64,000 nucleotides of DNA from Deltaproteobacteria bacterium (GTDB lineage: Bacteria; Myxococcota_A; Polyangia; Fen-1088): the NCBI GenBank assembly GCA_033763315.1, contig JANRKS010000022.1, positions 96,001 through 160,000 of the forward strand, given 5' to 3'. The translations under genes and the position numbers were made by a program. Numbering within the stretch: the stretch's first letter is position 1; every line of letters begins with the position of its first letter. The notes below the pieces were generated by a model. The model had not been told where the DNA came from, ran no database searches, and worked only from the letters and a program-made list of their open reading frames with translations. This document shows positions 9,699-19,026 of this stretch, piece by piece.

Positions 9699-10730
9699 TT
9701 AAACCATCTTGTCTGCGGGGCCCACCATCGTGATGCGCCCTTGCTCCGCCAATGTGAAGGCAATCTTCACCAGCTCGGCCTGCGCTTCGTCGACGGCCGA
9801 AAGCTTCATCGCGCCCATGCTCGCCACTTCGTCGCGCAACATCTCGGCGCCACGTGTGGACATGTTCTTGAGGATCTTGTCGCGCACCGCCTCGGCCGAG
9901 CCTTTGAGAGCCACACCCAAGCGACCCGTATCCACTTCGCGCAAGAACGTTTGCACGTCGCGGTCGGATAGGTTCACCAAGTCCTCGAACGTGAACAAAC
10001 GCGAGCGCAACTCGGCCGCCAACTCTGGATCGTTCTCCTCGATCGCTTGCACGACCTCGGTTTGTTGCGCCACAGGCGCGCGACGCAACAGATCCACGGC
10101 AGCGCCGCGGCCATCGAACTGGCGCATGCCACCCGCGGCGGACGCGCGCAATTCCAACGCCAAAGCGGCCGCCACTTCCCGCAGAATTTCAGGGGAAACG
10201 GATTCAAGCGTCGCCAAGCGCGCCAAAATGGGGCCACGGTTGGACTCTGGCAAGCGGCGCATCACTTGCCCCGCCCGCTCCCGCTCCATCGCGCCTAACA
10301 CCAACGCCACGGTCTGCGGCTGTTCACGCGAAAGCACCATCGCAAGGGCTTCCGGATCCGCATTCGCGATCGGGCCCAACGCTTCGTCAACGGCTGGAGG
10401 CGCCGCCAAGCCGTCGAAGGCCCGGCTGGCGCGTTCGGCGCCCAACACCTGCATGGCCACGGCGCGCAGCATGTTGTCGCCAGCGGCGGCGTCACCACCC
10501 ACGGCTTCAAGCGCGCTTACAAATTCCTTAAGCGCCTCAGGGATGGCGTTCTTATCCTTGCGCAGCTCCTTGGCGCCCAACGCGATCTTTCGCACGGTGC
10601 CTTCTTCCAGGAAGCGGAACACTTGCGCGGCGAATTCGGGGCCGAGCCCCACCAACACCGCCGCCGCACGACACGTGCCCGGACCAGCCACTTCACGCGG
10701 GAGCTCTTCTTCGTCATCAGCTGGCAGCAC
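9699..10730 (-). CDS. fliG: Flagellar motor switch protein FliG
   Basis: RAAAVLVGLG, REQPQTVALVL (EHPQ-like), LFTFEDL, NMSTRGAEMLRDE. Confidence 0.95.
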   Translation of the reverse strand: MLPADDEEELPREVAGPGTCRAAAVLVGLGPEFAAQVFRFLEEGTVRKIALGAKELRKDKNAIPEALKEFVSALEAVGGDAAAGDNMLRAVAMQVLGAERASRAFDGLAAPPAVDEALGPIANADPEALAMVLSREQPQTVALVLGAMERERAGQVMRRLPESNRGPILARLATLESVSPEILREVAAALALELRASAAGGMRQFDGRGAAVDLLRRAPVAQQTEVVQAIEENDPELAAELRSRLFTFEDLVNLSDRDVQTFLREVDTGRLGVALKGSAEAVRDKILKNMSTRGAEMLRDEVASMGAMKLSAVDEAQAELVKIAFTLAEQGRITMVGPADKMV

Positions 10731-12330
10731 GTCGCGCCTCCTGTTGTTCGGCTTGTTCCTCGAGATCGGCTTGGATCCAGGCCTTCAGCATCAAAGCGGC
10801 GCGTTCTGGATCCTGCATTGCCAACTCGCGTGCACGGTCGCGGATGACGACGTTCGGATCGGCCAGCGCAGGACGCTCGGGAATCGTGCTTGCAACCAAG
10901 GGCTGCGCGTCTTCGATGGCACGCTCAAGTTCAGCCACAGACGTACCTGGCTTGAGCATGGCCACTTCTTTTTGCACCTCTTGCTTGGCTTTCTTGCGGC
11001 GCATTGCAAACACAATGAGTGTGCCCGCCACCAGCAAGGCCGCCAAAGCGCCCGCGCTGATCTTTGCCACAGGCGTGGTGAAGAAGTTGACGGGCTTGTT
11101 CGCGGCCGCCCCTGCAGACGACGCGAACACTTCGCTGGTGATTTGAAATTGATCGCCGCGTGCCGCGTCGAAACCGACCGCGCTTTTTGCGAGCTCGCCA
11201 AGCCGCGCCACTTCTTGCGCCGTGCGGGGCTTGCCATTGACGCCATCCAACAACACCGCAACGCTTAAGCGCTGCACGCGCGGCGTCTTCGTCACTGTGT
11301 GCGTGGACGTCTTTGAGATCTCGAAGTTGCGAACTTCGTCTTCGCGCTTGCTGGCGCCGTTTTGCAAGGCGCCGGCCGCACCAGCCACTGTGGTAAGTGG
11401 TTGGTTGGCTGCGGCACCGGCCACGCCACCGGCTGAGGGTCCGCCTTGGCCTGTTTGTTCGTTGACCACGCGCTCGCTCCGTACCGCGCTGGCCTCGGGA
11501 TCGAACTTCTCTGAGTTGCTCTCCACTTGTGACGAGTCCAACGTCACTGAGATCTTCGCCTCAACCGCTTCGGTGCCCACCGCACGCGAAAGCAGCTGCA
11601 CCACGCGGCGTTCAAGCGCTTTTTCCATCGTGCGTTGTTCATCCGAAGCTTTGGCGCCCGGGCTTTCCTCGCCCGCAAGCACAGCCCCCTGCCCGTCCAT
11701 CACTGTGACGCTTTCGGCGCGCAGGCCCGGAACGGCAGACGCCACCAAATGACGAATGCCCTGCAACTCGCGATCGCCCAACTGACGGCCTGGTTGCAGA
11801 TTCACCACCACGGCCGCCGTGGCTTCTTTGTCTTCATCGCGGTAAAGGCCGTGTTGGCCAAACGTGATGTGAACGCGTGCCGAACGCACAGAGGAAAGGC
11901 GGCCGACGGTCCGTCCCAGTTCGCCTTCAGTGGCGCGCCGCAAATTGATCTTCTGCGTGAATTCGGAGACGCCCAGATCGCCCTTGTCGAAGATCTCAAA
12001 GCCCACCCCGCCACCGCGTGGGATGCCGGAGCTGGCCAGCAACAGCCGTGCGTCGTAAACCTTGGACGCAGGCACAGCCAGCGCGGTTCCATTGGCTTCC
12101 AAGCGGAACGGCACGCCCGTGGCCTTCATCTGTGCCGCCGCTTCAGCCGCGTCTTCTGGTGTCAGGTTTGTGAAGACGTATTGGTACGTGCCACCTGACG
12201 AAAGGATCGACGCCACAATGATGGCGGTGATAAGAACGCCCACCGCCCCGACGACCGCAAGCTTCATCAGGTTCGTGAGCGCCCAAAAGCGCTTCGGCAG
12301 ATCTTTGAGCTGGTTCAGCAGCGGTTCCAC
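10717..12330 (-). CDS. fliF: Flagellar M-ring protein FliF
   Basis: GVGFEIFD..GVSEFTQKIN.RRATEGELGRT, SARVHI, HLVASAVPGL, AVGFDAARGD; two transmembrane segments. Confidence 0.97.
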   Translation of the reverse strand: MEPLLNQLKDLPKRFWALTNLMKLAVVGAVGVLITAIIVASILSSGGTYQYVFTNLTPEDAAEAAAQMKATGVPFRLEANGTALAVPASKVYDARLLLASSGIPRGGGVGFEIFDKGDLGVSEFTQKINLRRATEGELGRTVGRLSSVRSARVHITFGQHGLYRDEDKEATAAVVVNLQPGRQLGDRELQGIRHLVASAVPGLRAESVTVMDGQGAVLAGEESPGAKASDEQRTMEKALERRVVQLLSRAVGTEAVEAKISVTLDSSQVESNSEKFDPEASAVRSERVVNEQTGQGGPSAGGVAGAAANQPLTTVAGAAGALQNGASKREDEVRNFEISKTSTHTVTKTPRVQRLSVAVLLDGVNGKPRTAQEVARLGELAKSAVGFDAARGDQFQITSEVFASSAGAAANKPVNFFTTPVAKISAGALAALLVAGTLIVFAMRRKKAKQEVQKEVAMLKPGTSVAELERAIEDAQPLVASTIPERPALADPNVVIRDRARELAMQDPERAALMLKAWIQADLEEQAEQQEARRAAS

Positions 12331-12333
12331 AGA

Positions 12334-12654
12334 TTAACCACCCATCCTCATGACGCTTTGATACGCCTCAAGCACCTTCGACTTGACCTTGAGCGCCAGG
12401 CGCATCGAGATGTTCGCCTTCTCAAGCGCAATCGACATCTCGTGCAGATTGCCATCGCCCATCGCGACCTTCTTCACTTCGCTGTCGGCATCCAACTGCA
12501 AGCGATCCAACTCGCCCACGGCCTTGGTCAAAACGTTGCCGAAGTTCTCGCCGCCCGGCTTGGACGCGGCTTGCACGTCGCGCAGCGATTCGGAGCGTGA
12601 GCTGCCCGAAAGGTTTTCGACGGCCAGCGATTGAATGCGGTCTTCGATGTTCAT
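12334..12654 (-). CDS. fliE: Flagellar hook-basal body protein FliE
   Basis: NLHEMSIALEKANISMRLALKVKSKVLEAYQSVMRM. Confidence 0.95.
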   Translation of the reverse strand: MNIEDRIQSLAVENLSGSSRSESLRDVQAASKPGGENFGNVLTKAVGELDRLQLDADSEVKKVAMGDGNLHEMSIALEKANISMRLALKVKSKVLEAYQSVMRMGG

Positions 12655-12662
12655 GCTTTACC

Positions 12663-13079
12663 TCAGCGCGCGATGTCCAAGGCACGCATCGCCATGCCTT
12701 TGACGGTTTCCACCGCCGTGGCATTGGCTTCATAACCGCGCGAGGCCGACATCAAGTTCACAACCTCATGGATGGGGTTGACGTTGGGAAACGTCACAAA
12801 GCCTTCGGGGTCGGCGTCGGGGTGGCCCGGGCTGTACACGCGGCGGCCTTGCGTTTGATCTTGCACCACCTGCGACACGCGCACCGCTGAAGGCCCGTCG
12901 CCATTGAGATAGGCATCAAATGGCACCGACTCAACCACAGGATCAAGCCGCTTGTAGGGCCCCCCTTGTGCCGTACGCGTGACCTCTGCGTTCGCCAGAT
13001 TGGACGAAGCCAAATTTACGCGGGCACGTTCCACTGAAAGACCCGAGCCACTGATTCGAAGAGCTGTGAAAAAGTCCAT
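12663..13079 (-). CDS. flgC: Flagellar basal-body rod protein FlgC
   Basis: ISGSGLSVERARVNLASSNLANAEVTRT, PGHPDADPEGFV..PNVN, ASRGYEAN. AGGAG RBS precedes ATG 13079. Confidence 0.97.
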   Translation of the reverse strand: MDFFTALRISGSGLSVERARVNLASSNLANAEVTRTAQGGPYKRLDPVVESVPFDAYLNGDGPSAVRVSQVVQDQTQGRRVYSPGHPDADPEGFVTFPNVNPIHEVVNLMSASRGYEANATAVETVKGMAMRALDIAR

Positions 13080-13113
13080 CGTCGCACTCCTTGCGCAAAA
13101 CTTCACGCGCGGC

Positions 13114-13524
13114 TTACGAGCCCTCGCTCACCACATATTTCAAAATCGCAAGCTTGGCGTTGGCCGCGCGTGCGTTGGCGCCGTATTGAATGGCGTTTTC
13201 GGCCATCGCCGACATCGTCGTGTCGAGATCCACTTCGTTGCCATCGAACGAGGGCGTGCCGCCGGCCACGCGATGAACAAACGAATCGACATCGGCGCCC
13301 GTTCCATTGGTTTCGCCGCTGGTGTCCATGTGCATAGGCTGCGTGTGCGCCAACGGCTGCACGTCCTGCATCGCTTGGCTCATGGCTGCCATGAAGTCGA
13401 TGTCTTTGGGCTTAAATCCCGGCGTGTCTGAGTTTGCGATGTTTCCCGACAACACACCCTGACGCGCCAGCCGCACGTCCAGCGAGCGCTCTACCTGGGT
13501 CAAAGTTGTGTCGAAAATCTTCAT
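13114..13524 (-). CDS. flgB: Flagellar basal-body rod protein FlgB
   Basis: RQGVLSGNIANSDTPGFKPKDIDF, DGNEVDLD..M..N. Confidence 0.97.
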   Translation of the reverse strand: MKIFDTTLTQVERSLDVRLARQGVLSGNIANSDTPGFKPKDIDFMAAMSQAMQDVQPLAHTQPMHMDTSGETNGTGADVDSFVHRVAGGTPSFDGNEVDLDTTMSAMAENAIQYGANARAANAKLAILKYVVSEGS

Positions 13525-13531
13525 GGAAACC

Positions 13532-14656
13532 TCACGCAGCTTGTTCTGCAGCCTTATCCTGCGAAGACCGTGCCACCTTCACGTCACGTTCTTGGCGGGT
13601 CACAGAGGCGCTATCGACCTCCTGTGCCACCTCCATAACCACACCCGCCTGCCGCCAGGCCTTCAGCTTGTTCCGCAGCGTGCGCAAGCTGATCCCCAGC
13701 AGGCGTGCGGCGTGCGTGCGGTTGCCAGACACCCGTCGCAACGCCTCTTGAATCGCCATGCGTTCAAGTTCGCCCAAATCGACCGGCAAAGCCCAGGTGC
13801 TGGGTGGCTTGGCGGGCGGCGCTTCAGCTTTGGCGCGTTCACTGCTGGCCGGCATACGCGGATCAAAAAAGAAGTCGCTTGACTCAAGCACCGGCTGCCG
13901 GCAACGAATGAGAGCGCGCTCAATCAGATTTCGCAGCTCGCGCACGTTACCGTCAAAGCCATAGCCGTCGAGCGTGCTGAGCGCTGACGCTGACAACACC
14001 GGCGGGGTGCGCCCCAAATCTTGCGACAAGCGATCCACGAAGTGACGCGCCAGGGCCTCGATGTCTTCCCGACGTTCACGCAAAGGCGGTATCACGATCG
14101 GAAACACACACAGCCGGTAATAAAGATCAGCGCGGAACCGTCCTGCCACGACTTCGGCGCGCAGATCCCGGTTCGAGGTTGCGACGATGCGCACATCCAC
14201 GGCCACGGGCGCGCGCCCACCCACGCGATCCACTTGCCGCTCTTGCAACACGCGCAGCAGTTTGGCTTGTAAGCCGAGCGGCAACTCCGACACTTCGTCG
14301 AGCAGAAGGGTGCCGCCGTTGGCTTGCTCAATGCGCCCGGGCCGCATTGCCGTGGCGCCCGAAAAAGCGCCCGCTTCATGGCCAAACAGCTCGCTTTCCA
14401 GCATATCTGCCGGCAAGGCCGCGCAGTTCAACGCCACCCACGGCCCGGCCACGCGCGCCGACAACTCGTGGATGAACCTCGCCACCACCTCTTTGCCCGT
14501 GCCGCTTTCACCTAACAGCAGCACCGTGGCATCCGTTTCGGCCACATCCGCCGCACAGGCCACGACGTTGCGCATGGCACCGCTGACCATCACTGGAAAG
14601 GACACGCCATTGGGTTGGCTTAAGCCCAACCCGTTTACGATCGCAACCATGCTCAA
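13532..14656 (-). CDS. sigma54-dependent activator, FleR/FlrC/FlbD(Caulobacter)-like, without receiver domain
   Basis: [55 protein letters not shown]. The AAA+ domain starts about 20 aa from the N-terminus, and the start overlaps the stop of the upstream gene. Confidence 0.9.
   Translation of the reverse strand: MSMVAIVNGLGLSQPNGVSFPVMVSGAMRNVVACAADVAETDATVLLLGESGTGKEVVARFIHELSARVAGPWVALNCAALPADMLESELFGHEAGAFSGATAMRPGRIEQANGGTLLLDEVSELPLGLQAKLLRVLQERQVDRVGGRAPVAVDVRIVATSNRDLRAEVVAGRFRADLYYRLCVFPIVIPPLRERREDIEALARHFVDRLSQDLGRTPPVLSASALSTLDGYGFDGNVRELRNLIERALIRCRQPVLESSDFFFDPRMPASSERAKAEAPPAKPPSTWALPVDLGELERMAIQEALRRVSGNRTHAARLLGISLRTLRNKLKAWRQAGVVMEVAQEVDSASVTRQERDVKVARSSQDKAAEQAA
13560..13575 (-). 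promoter_or_regulatory. sigma54 promoter for the flgB operon
   Basis: Minus strand TGGCACGGTCTTCGCA, near-consensus -24/-12, about 35 nt upstream of the flgB ATG and inside the 3' tail of the upstream activator gene. Confidence 0.8.
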
Positions 14657-16086
14657 TCTCCCTTGTTCTCGCCCGCAAGCGGGCCCTTCGTTTTCGCATC
14701 TGCCGTCGCGGGTTTCGCGGGCGCTGACTCGTCTTTTCCGCTCAAGAACGAGTTGATCCGGGCAGATAAACCCAAAGCGGTGGCCAGCGTTTCAGCCGCA
14801 CTATCTGCCAGCGGTGGTGGTTTATCTTCTTCATTAACCTTCGGTTTGGGCGGCTCCCCACGGCGCATGAGCTTGCGCACGGCCTGCCAGCGCGCCGATC
14901 CCATTTGTTTGCGTAACCCACGCGCGTCGGCGAAATCGTAGATAACGCGCGCACGCACAGGGTCGTTGGCCATCAGGTACAGCTCTGCCGCGCGCACCAA
15001 GTGGTCTGACAGCGCGACGTCAGGCACCTCCCCTGACACGGCAGACAACAGGTTGGCGCCAAACGCAGGCGCGCTGAGTTTTGCGGCAACCTCGGCGCCT
15101 TCACGTGCCAAATCAACGGCCACAGGGCCCTTCGTGCGATCTGGCAGCAGCATGTAGACCTCCATCACCTTGCGCGCCTCATCGACGGTGACGTGACGAA
15201 GCGCGGTTAACACCAAACGCCGGCACAAAACGCCTGTGGGCAGTTGGCAAAACTTCTCGTCGTCGACGCTTTCAAAACGGCGCCGCATGGTTTCAACGGA
15301 ACGCACGAACATTCCTGCAAACGACAACGCCCGGGCGGAACGCAAAACCAGATCGTCGCGCAAAGGGCCGGGCAACGAATACGGATCAGGATCCAGCGAC
15401 GGCATATACACAATGCATTCGGGATCGAACTCGCACAGCCGCGCCGCGGAAAGGCGCCCATAAACACCCACGCGGCTGCCGAGCTCGTACCAACCTAACG
15501 CCGTTTGTGGATCGCCCGCGATGAGCGCCAGATCCCCCAAACGAACTTGCGCCAACAACAACGCATGTGAATTCAATGCCGAGCGAAACAGATTGGCAGC
15601 CTCGAGAAAACGCCCCTCGTGCAGCGCCTGCTCGGCACGCACCACCGCTCTTTCGCCGGCCCAACCATCGCCCATGTTCAGCACCTGCGGATCGAAATAG
15701 GTCACGGGTGGCCCATCGATGCCAAGCCGCCAAGGCAGCCCACGCAGTTCGTTGATGTCCAAGAACGTGTCGCGTCCCTCTTTCGTCAACACGGCGTCAA
15801 GCTGGGGCGTTTTGCAGCGCAGCTCCACATATGACTTTTCAACATGGATGTCGCTGCAGATTTGCCCGGCGGCCGCGCCGATTCGCGCGCCCAATTGAGC
15901 CACGTTTCCTGCGGTGTGCAGCCGTATCACTTGATCGAGCGGCACCACTTCCACCCTGATCGCTGAGCCAAACGGTGAAAGCTTGATGCGCTCAGCGGTG
16001 GCGGCGGTGGCCAAGCGAAGCGCGGGCGCGGGGGCACGCGATTCAGCCGGTTCCGTAAGCGCCAAGATTGTGACTAACCACCACAC
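14653..16086 (-). CDS. Exported TPR-like protein of the flagellar cluster
   Basis: Short hydrophobic N-terminus, a beta-rich region, then TPR-like helices ([36 protein letters not shown]). Stop overlaps the next start. Confidence 0.6.
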   Translation of the reverse strand: MWWLVTILALTEPAESRAPAPALRLATAATAERIKLSPFGSAIRVEVVPLDQVIRLHTAGNVAQLGARIGAAAGQICSDIHVEKSYVELRCKTPQLDAVLTKEGRDTFLDINELRGLPWRLGIDGPPVTYFDPQVLNMGDGWAGERAVVRAEQALHEGRFLEAANLFRSALNSHALLLAQVRLGDLALIAGDPQTALGWYELGSRVGVYGRLSAARLCEFDPECIVYMPSLDPDPYSLPGPLRDDLVLRSARALSFAGMFVRSVETMRRRFESVDDEKFCQLPTGVLCRRLVLTALRHVTVDEARKVMEVYMLLPDRTKGPVAVDLAREGAEVAAKLSAPAFGANLLSAVSGEVPDVALSDHLVRAAELYLMANDPVRARVIYDFADARGLRKQMGSARWQAVRKLMRRGEPPKPKVNEEDKPPPLADSAAETLATALGLSARINSFLSGKDESAPAKPATADAKTKGPLAGENKGD

Positions 16087-16099
16087 GCATGCTGTTCAA

Positions 16100-16115
16100 T
16101 GCACCCCGCGTGCCG
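16100..16115 (-). promoter_or_regulatory. Putative sigma54 promoter for the TPR-activator operon
   Basis: Minus strand CGGCACGCGGGGTGCA, GG-N10-GC spacing, just downstream of the fleQ terminator. Confidence 0.6.
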
Positions 16116-16190
16116 AATTGACCGAGTGGGCGGCAATTCCTTCCACGCGCCACATGCGAGCCGCGCCCTGCCTGGTGTGGCACGGCGCCA

Positions 16191-16225
16191 AAAGCAAAAC
16201 CCGCTTCAACTCGAAGCGGGTTTGC
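16191..16225 (-). terminator. Rho-independent terminator after the fleQ-like gene
   Basis: 11-bp stem AAACCCGCTTC/GAAGCGGGTTT with a 5-nt loop; on the minus strand the stem runs into TTTTGCTTTT. Confidence 0.75.
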
Positions 16226-16246
16226 CATGGAACAGCGAAATTGGCG

Positions 16247-17497
16247 CTAAATCTTCGATGATTCGCGACGACGCAGCTTCTCGACCAGCGTTGTGCGGCC
16301 CATACCCAACAAGCGCGCGGCTTCTTTCTTGTTGCCGCCCGTCTGCCCTAGCGCTGCATCTAAGTAGGCATTTTCCAGCTCGCGCAGCATCGTGGGCAGA
16401 TCCAACGGCAGCATCAACCGCACTGTGGGGAACGGCGGCCGATCGAAAACGCCCAGATCCAACACTTGCCCTGGCAACGTGAGCGGCGGCGGCGTCAACT
16501 CGTCGTCCACCACCGCAGGAGGCGTGCGTGAAGGCGGAATGAACGAAACCGGCGCTGGCGTGATTTCCGCGGGTGCACTCACAAGTTGTGGAGGTGCCAC
16601 GGGCGCGGCGAGCGGACGCTCATAACTTGTGAGCGTGGGAACGTAGATCTCACGGGAAACGCCGTCGTCCAGATCAAGCTGTGGCAGCGCTGCGTGACCT
16701 TCGGCGTGCCCCCCGAACTCCGGTGGCAGATCGTTGACCCGCACAACGGGGCCCTCGGTGCAAACAGAAAGCCGCTCCACGAGATTCTCAAGTTCACGCA
16801 CGTTGCCCGGCCAAGGGTAAGCCGAAAGCAGGCGCAAGACTTCTGGATCCACGGGGCGGGTCTCCCCCCGCGAGCGCCAAAAGTGAGCGAACAAAACCGC
16901 CACGTCGCCCGTGCGTTCACGCAAGGCGGGTAGTCGGATGGGACACACGAACAAACGGTAGTAAAGATCGCTGCGGAACCGCCCGGCTTTGACCTCCAAC
17001 GCGAGATCGCGGTTTGTTGCAGCAATCAACCGAAAGGTGGCGGTGACAGAATCAGAGCTTCCGACGGGCTCGTAGGTCCGCTCTTGCAGCAAGCGCAACA
17101 ACTTGACTTGCAGGCCCAGCGGCAACTCGCCGATTTCGTCCAAGAACAAAGTGCCACCCTCGGCCATGGCGACGCGGCCTTTGCGCGGGGTGGCGGCACC
17201 GGTGAAGGCCCCCTTGACGTAACCGAACAGTTCGCTCTCAAGCAGGTTCTCAGGAATGGCGCCGCAATTGACGGGAACGAACGGACGCGTCGCCCGGGGG
17301 CTGCTGGCGTGAATGAAGCGTGCGAACACCTCTTTGCCCGTGCCTGTTTCGCCCGTCAAAAGCACCGTGGCGTCGCTGACCGCGATCCGCCCACAGGCGC
17401 GGCGCGTCTCAGCCAAAGGCGAGCCAGCACCGTGGACCAAGCCAGAGCCAGCCTTCGCCACCTGCAAACCCTCTACAGATACCGCATGAACTGCCAT
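16247..17497 (-). CDS. fleQ: FleQ/FlrA-like flagellar master sigma54 activator lacking the N-terminal domain
   Basis: [48 protein letters not shown] and HTH recognition helix RTTLVEKL (FleQ/FlrA signature). ATG 17497 preferred; the ORF track starts at 17542. Confidence 0.8.
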   Translation of the reverse strand: MAVHAVSVEGLQVAKAGSGLVHGAGSPLAETRRACGRIAVSDATVLLTGETGTGKEVFARFIHASSPRATRPFVPVNCGAIPENLLESELFGYVKGAFTGAATPRKGRVAMAEGGTLFLDEIGELPLGLQVKLLRLLQERTYEPVGSSDSVTATFRLIAATNRDLALEVKAGRFRSDLYYRLFVCPIRLPALRERTGDVAVLFAHFWRSRGETRPVDPEVLRLLSAYPWPGNVRELENLVERLSVCTEGPVVRVNDLPPEFGGHAEGHAALPQLDLDDGVSREIYVPTLTSYERPLAAPVAPPQLVSAPAEITPAPVSFIPPSRTPPAVVDDELTPPPLTLPGQVLDLGVFDRPPFPTVRLMLPLDLPTMLRELENAYLDAALGQTGGNKKEAARLLGMGRTTLVEKLRRRESSKI

Positions 17498-17510
17498 CTT
17501 GATGGTTTCT

Positions 17511-17537
17511 GCATCGGCGGCCCTGAAGCACCCTTGA
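17511..17537 (-). promoter_or_regulatory. Putative sigma28-type promoter upstream of fleQ
   Basis: Minus strand TCAAG-N14-GCCGATGC. Confidence 0.5.
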
Positions 17538-17564
17538 GCCAAAAACGTGTCGTTTCGCTTTTTC

Positions 17565-17603
17565 GTCAGAACACGGACACAGCGACCGCGTCAAAAGTGC
17601 GGC
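17565..17603. promoter_or_regulatory. Two candidate FleQ-type boxes
   Basis: GTC-AGAACACG-GAC (17565-17578) and GTC-AAAAGTGC-GGC (17590-17603) fit the GTC-N8-GAC frame of Pseudomonas FleQ boxes. Confidence 0.4.
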
Positions 17604-17693
17604 GGCCTGCCGCATCATAGAAGACATCTCCTCTATCAAGAGGGTCACAACTTCAGGCGATACACCCATGGGGACGGGCTCCACAGCATCGAA

Positions 17694-18965
17694 ATGGCGG
17701 CAACAGGCAAAAGCGCACGTGTGATCTCCATTGGCGGGGGCAAAGGTGGCGTGGGCAAGAGCATCGTCGCTGGCAACCTCGCGGTGGCCTTTGCGCAAAT
17801 GGGGTTACGCGTGGTCTTGGTGGATGCCGATTTGGGCGCCGCCAACCAGCACACCTTGCTGGGCGTGGATCGAGCGTCCACAGGGCTCTTGGATTTCCTT
17901 GAACGGAAGGTGGAAACGCTATCCGAGGCCACTTCGCCCACCAACGTAGAGAACTTGCGTTTGGTGGTGGGCACGGGCGCGGTGCCAAACGCCGCCAACA
18001 TCAGTCACGCACAAAAGCAGAAGCTGATGCGACACATCCGTTCGGCAGACGCCGACGTGGTGGTGATCGATGTCGGCGCAGGATCGTCTCACAACACGGT
18101 CGACTTTTTCGACCTGGGCGACGCACGCGTGTTGGTGGTCACCGCACAATTGACGTCCATTCAAAACGCTTACGGCTTCCTCAAGGCCGCCGTGCTACGT
18201 CTGCTAAAGCACGCGTGCGTTGGCAAAGAACAGATCGATGTGTTCGATGCGTCGGTGGGTCTGCGTGAGACCGAGCGCATCGACGACATTCTAAGCCGCG
18301 TGGCACACGCAGATGCGGCGCTCGAAGGCCATCTGCGCGACGTGCTGGCCAGCTTCGACGTGCGCTTGGTGGGCAACCAAGTGGCGGAGAGCCAGGATAT
18401 GGGCATCTTCCGCGGCGTGGGCCGCATGGTGCGCGACTTTTTGGCGGTTCCGCTGCCCTTGGCGGGATTCTTGTCGCAAACGCGCGACGTACATGAATCT
18501 GTAAACCGGCGCACACCTGTGTTGCTGACCAACCCTCACGATGAAAACGCGCGGGCCTTGCGCGCCATTGCAGAGTCGCTGCTTATCCCGTTGCCCAGCC
18601 CCGAGCCAAGGCGCCCCCCCCACGCCGGACGCTTGCTCAACGGCGACGAAGACGTGGCGCAGGTGTTGCGACGCCACCCACGCCTGACTGTGGATTGGGT
18701 GGCGGCCATTGAACAAGCGGGGCGCATCACTTCGGTGCGCGTGATTGACGTCTCCGCGGGAGGCGTGGGCATCGTGACGCGCCTCAAGCTCACCGACGGA
18801 GATAAGTTCAACCTCATATTGAACCAGCCTCAGCTTAAACTGACGGTCCCAACCGTGGTGCGTAACGTGGAAGCCGACGGCACACGGGTGGGCTTGTCCT
18901 ACGTGGCCGAGGATGAAACGCCACTGAGGATTTTGAAGGTCGCGCGCGCCGATCTCACCCGGTAA
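17694..18965 (+). CDS. fleN: FleN/FlhG (MinD-family ATPase) fused to a C-terminal PilZ domain
   Basis: GGGKGGVGKS deviant Walker A, DADLGAAN, DVGAG, TSIQNAY. C-terminal RRHPR and DVSAGG are the PilZ RxxxR / DxSxxG motifs. Divergent from fleQ. Confidence 0.85.
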   Translation: MAATGKSARVISIGGGKGGVGKSIVAGNLAVAFAQMGLRVVLVDADLGAANQHTLLGVDRASTGLLDFLERKVETLSEATSPTNVENLRLVVGTGAVPNAANISHAQKQKLMRHIRSADADVVVIDVGAGSSHNTVDFFDLGDARVLVVTAQLTSIQNAYGFLKAAVLRLLKHACVGKEQIDVFDASVGLRETERIDDILSRVAHADAALEGHLRDVLASFDVRLVGNQVAESQDMGIFRGVGRMVRDFLAVPLPLAGFLSQTRDVHESVNRRTPVLLTNPHDENARALRAIAESLLIPLPSPEPRRPPHAGRLLNGDEDVAQVLRRHPRLTVDWVAAIEQAGRITSVRVIDVSAGGVGIVTRLKLTDGDKFNLILNQPQLKLTVPTVVRNVEADGTRVGLSYVAEDETPLRILKVARADLTR

Positions 18966-19026
18966 GCAAAACCAGGGCTTGGCGTGTGCAAGCCTGCACT
19001 GATAGGCTGCTCATTCTGTGTCCAAA

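Noticed and set aside
9709-11268. 519-aa plus-strand ORF
   Set aside because: Antisense shadow of fliG/fliF caused by GC codon bias; no recognisable motifs.
7450-12330. Possible non-flagellar type III secretion system
   Set aside because: Rod, hook, FliG and MotA genes show the cluster is flagellar.
13611-13630. Second TGGCAC motif upstream of flgB
   Set aside because: No GC at the -12 position (reads CG).
16178-16196. Plus-strand TGGCACGG motif
   Set aside because: Wrong -12 spacing and no plus-strand gene downstream.
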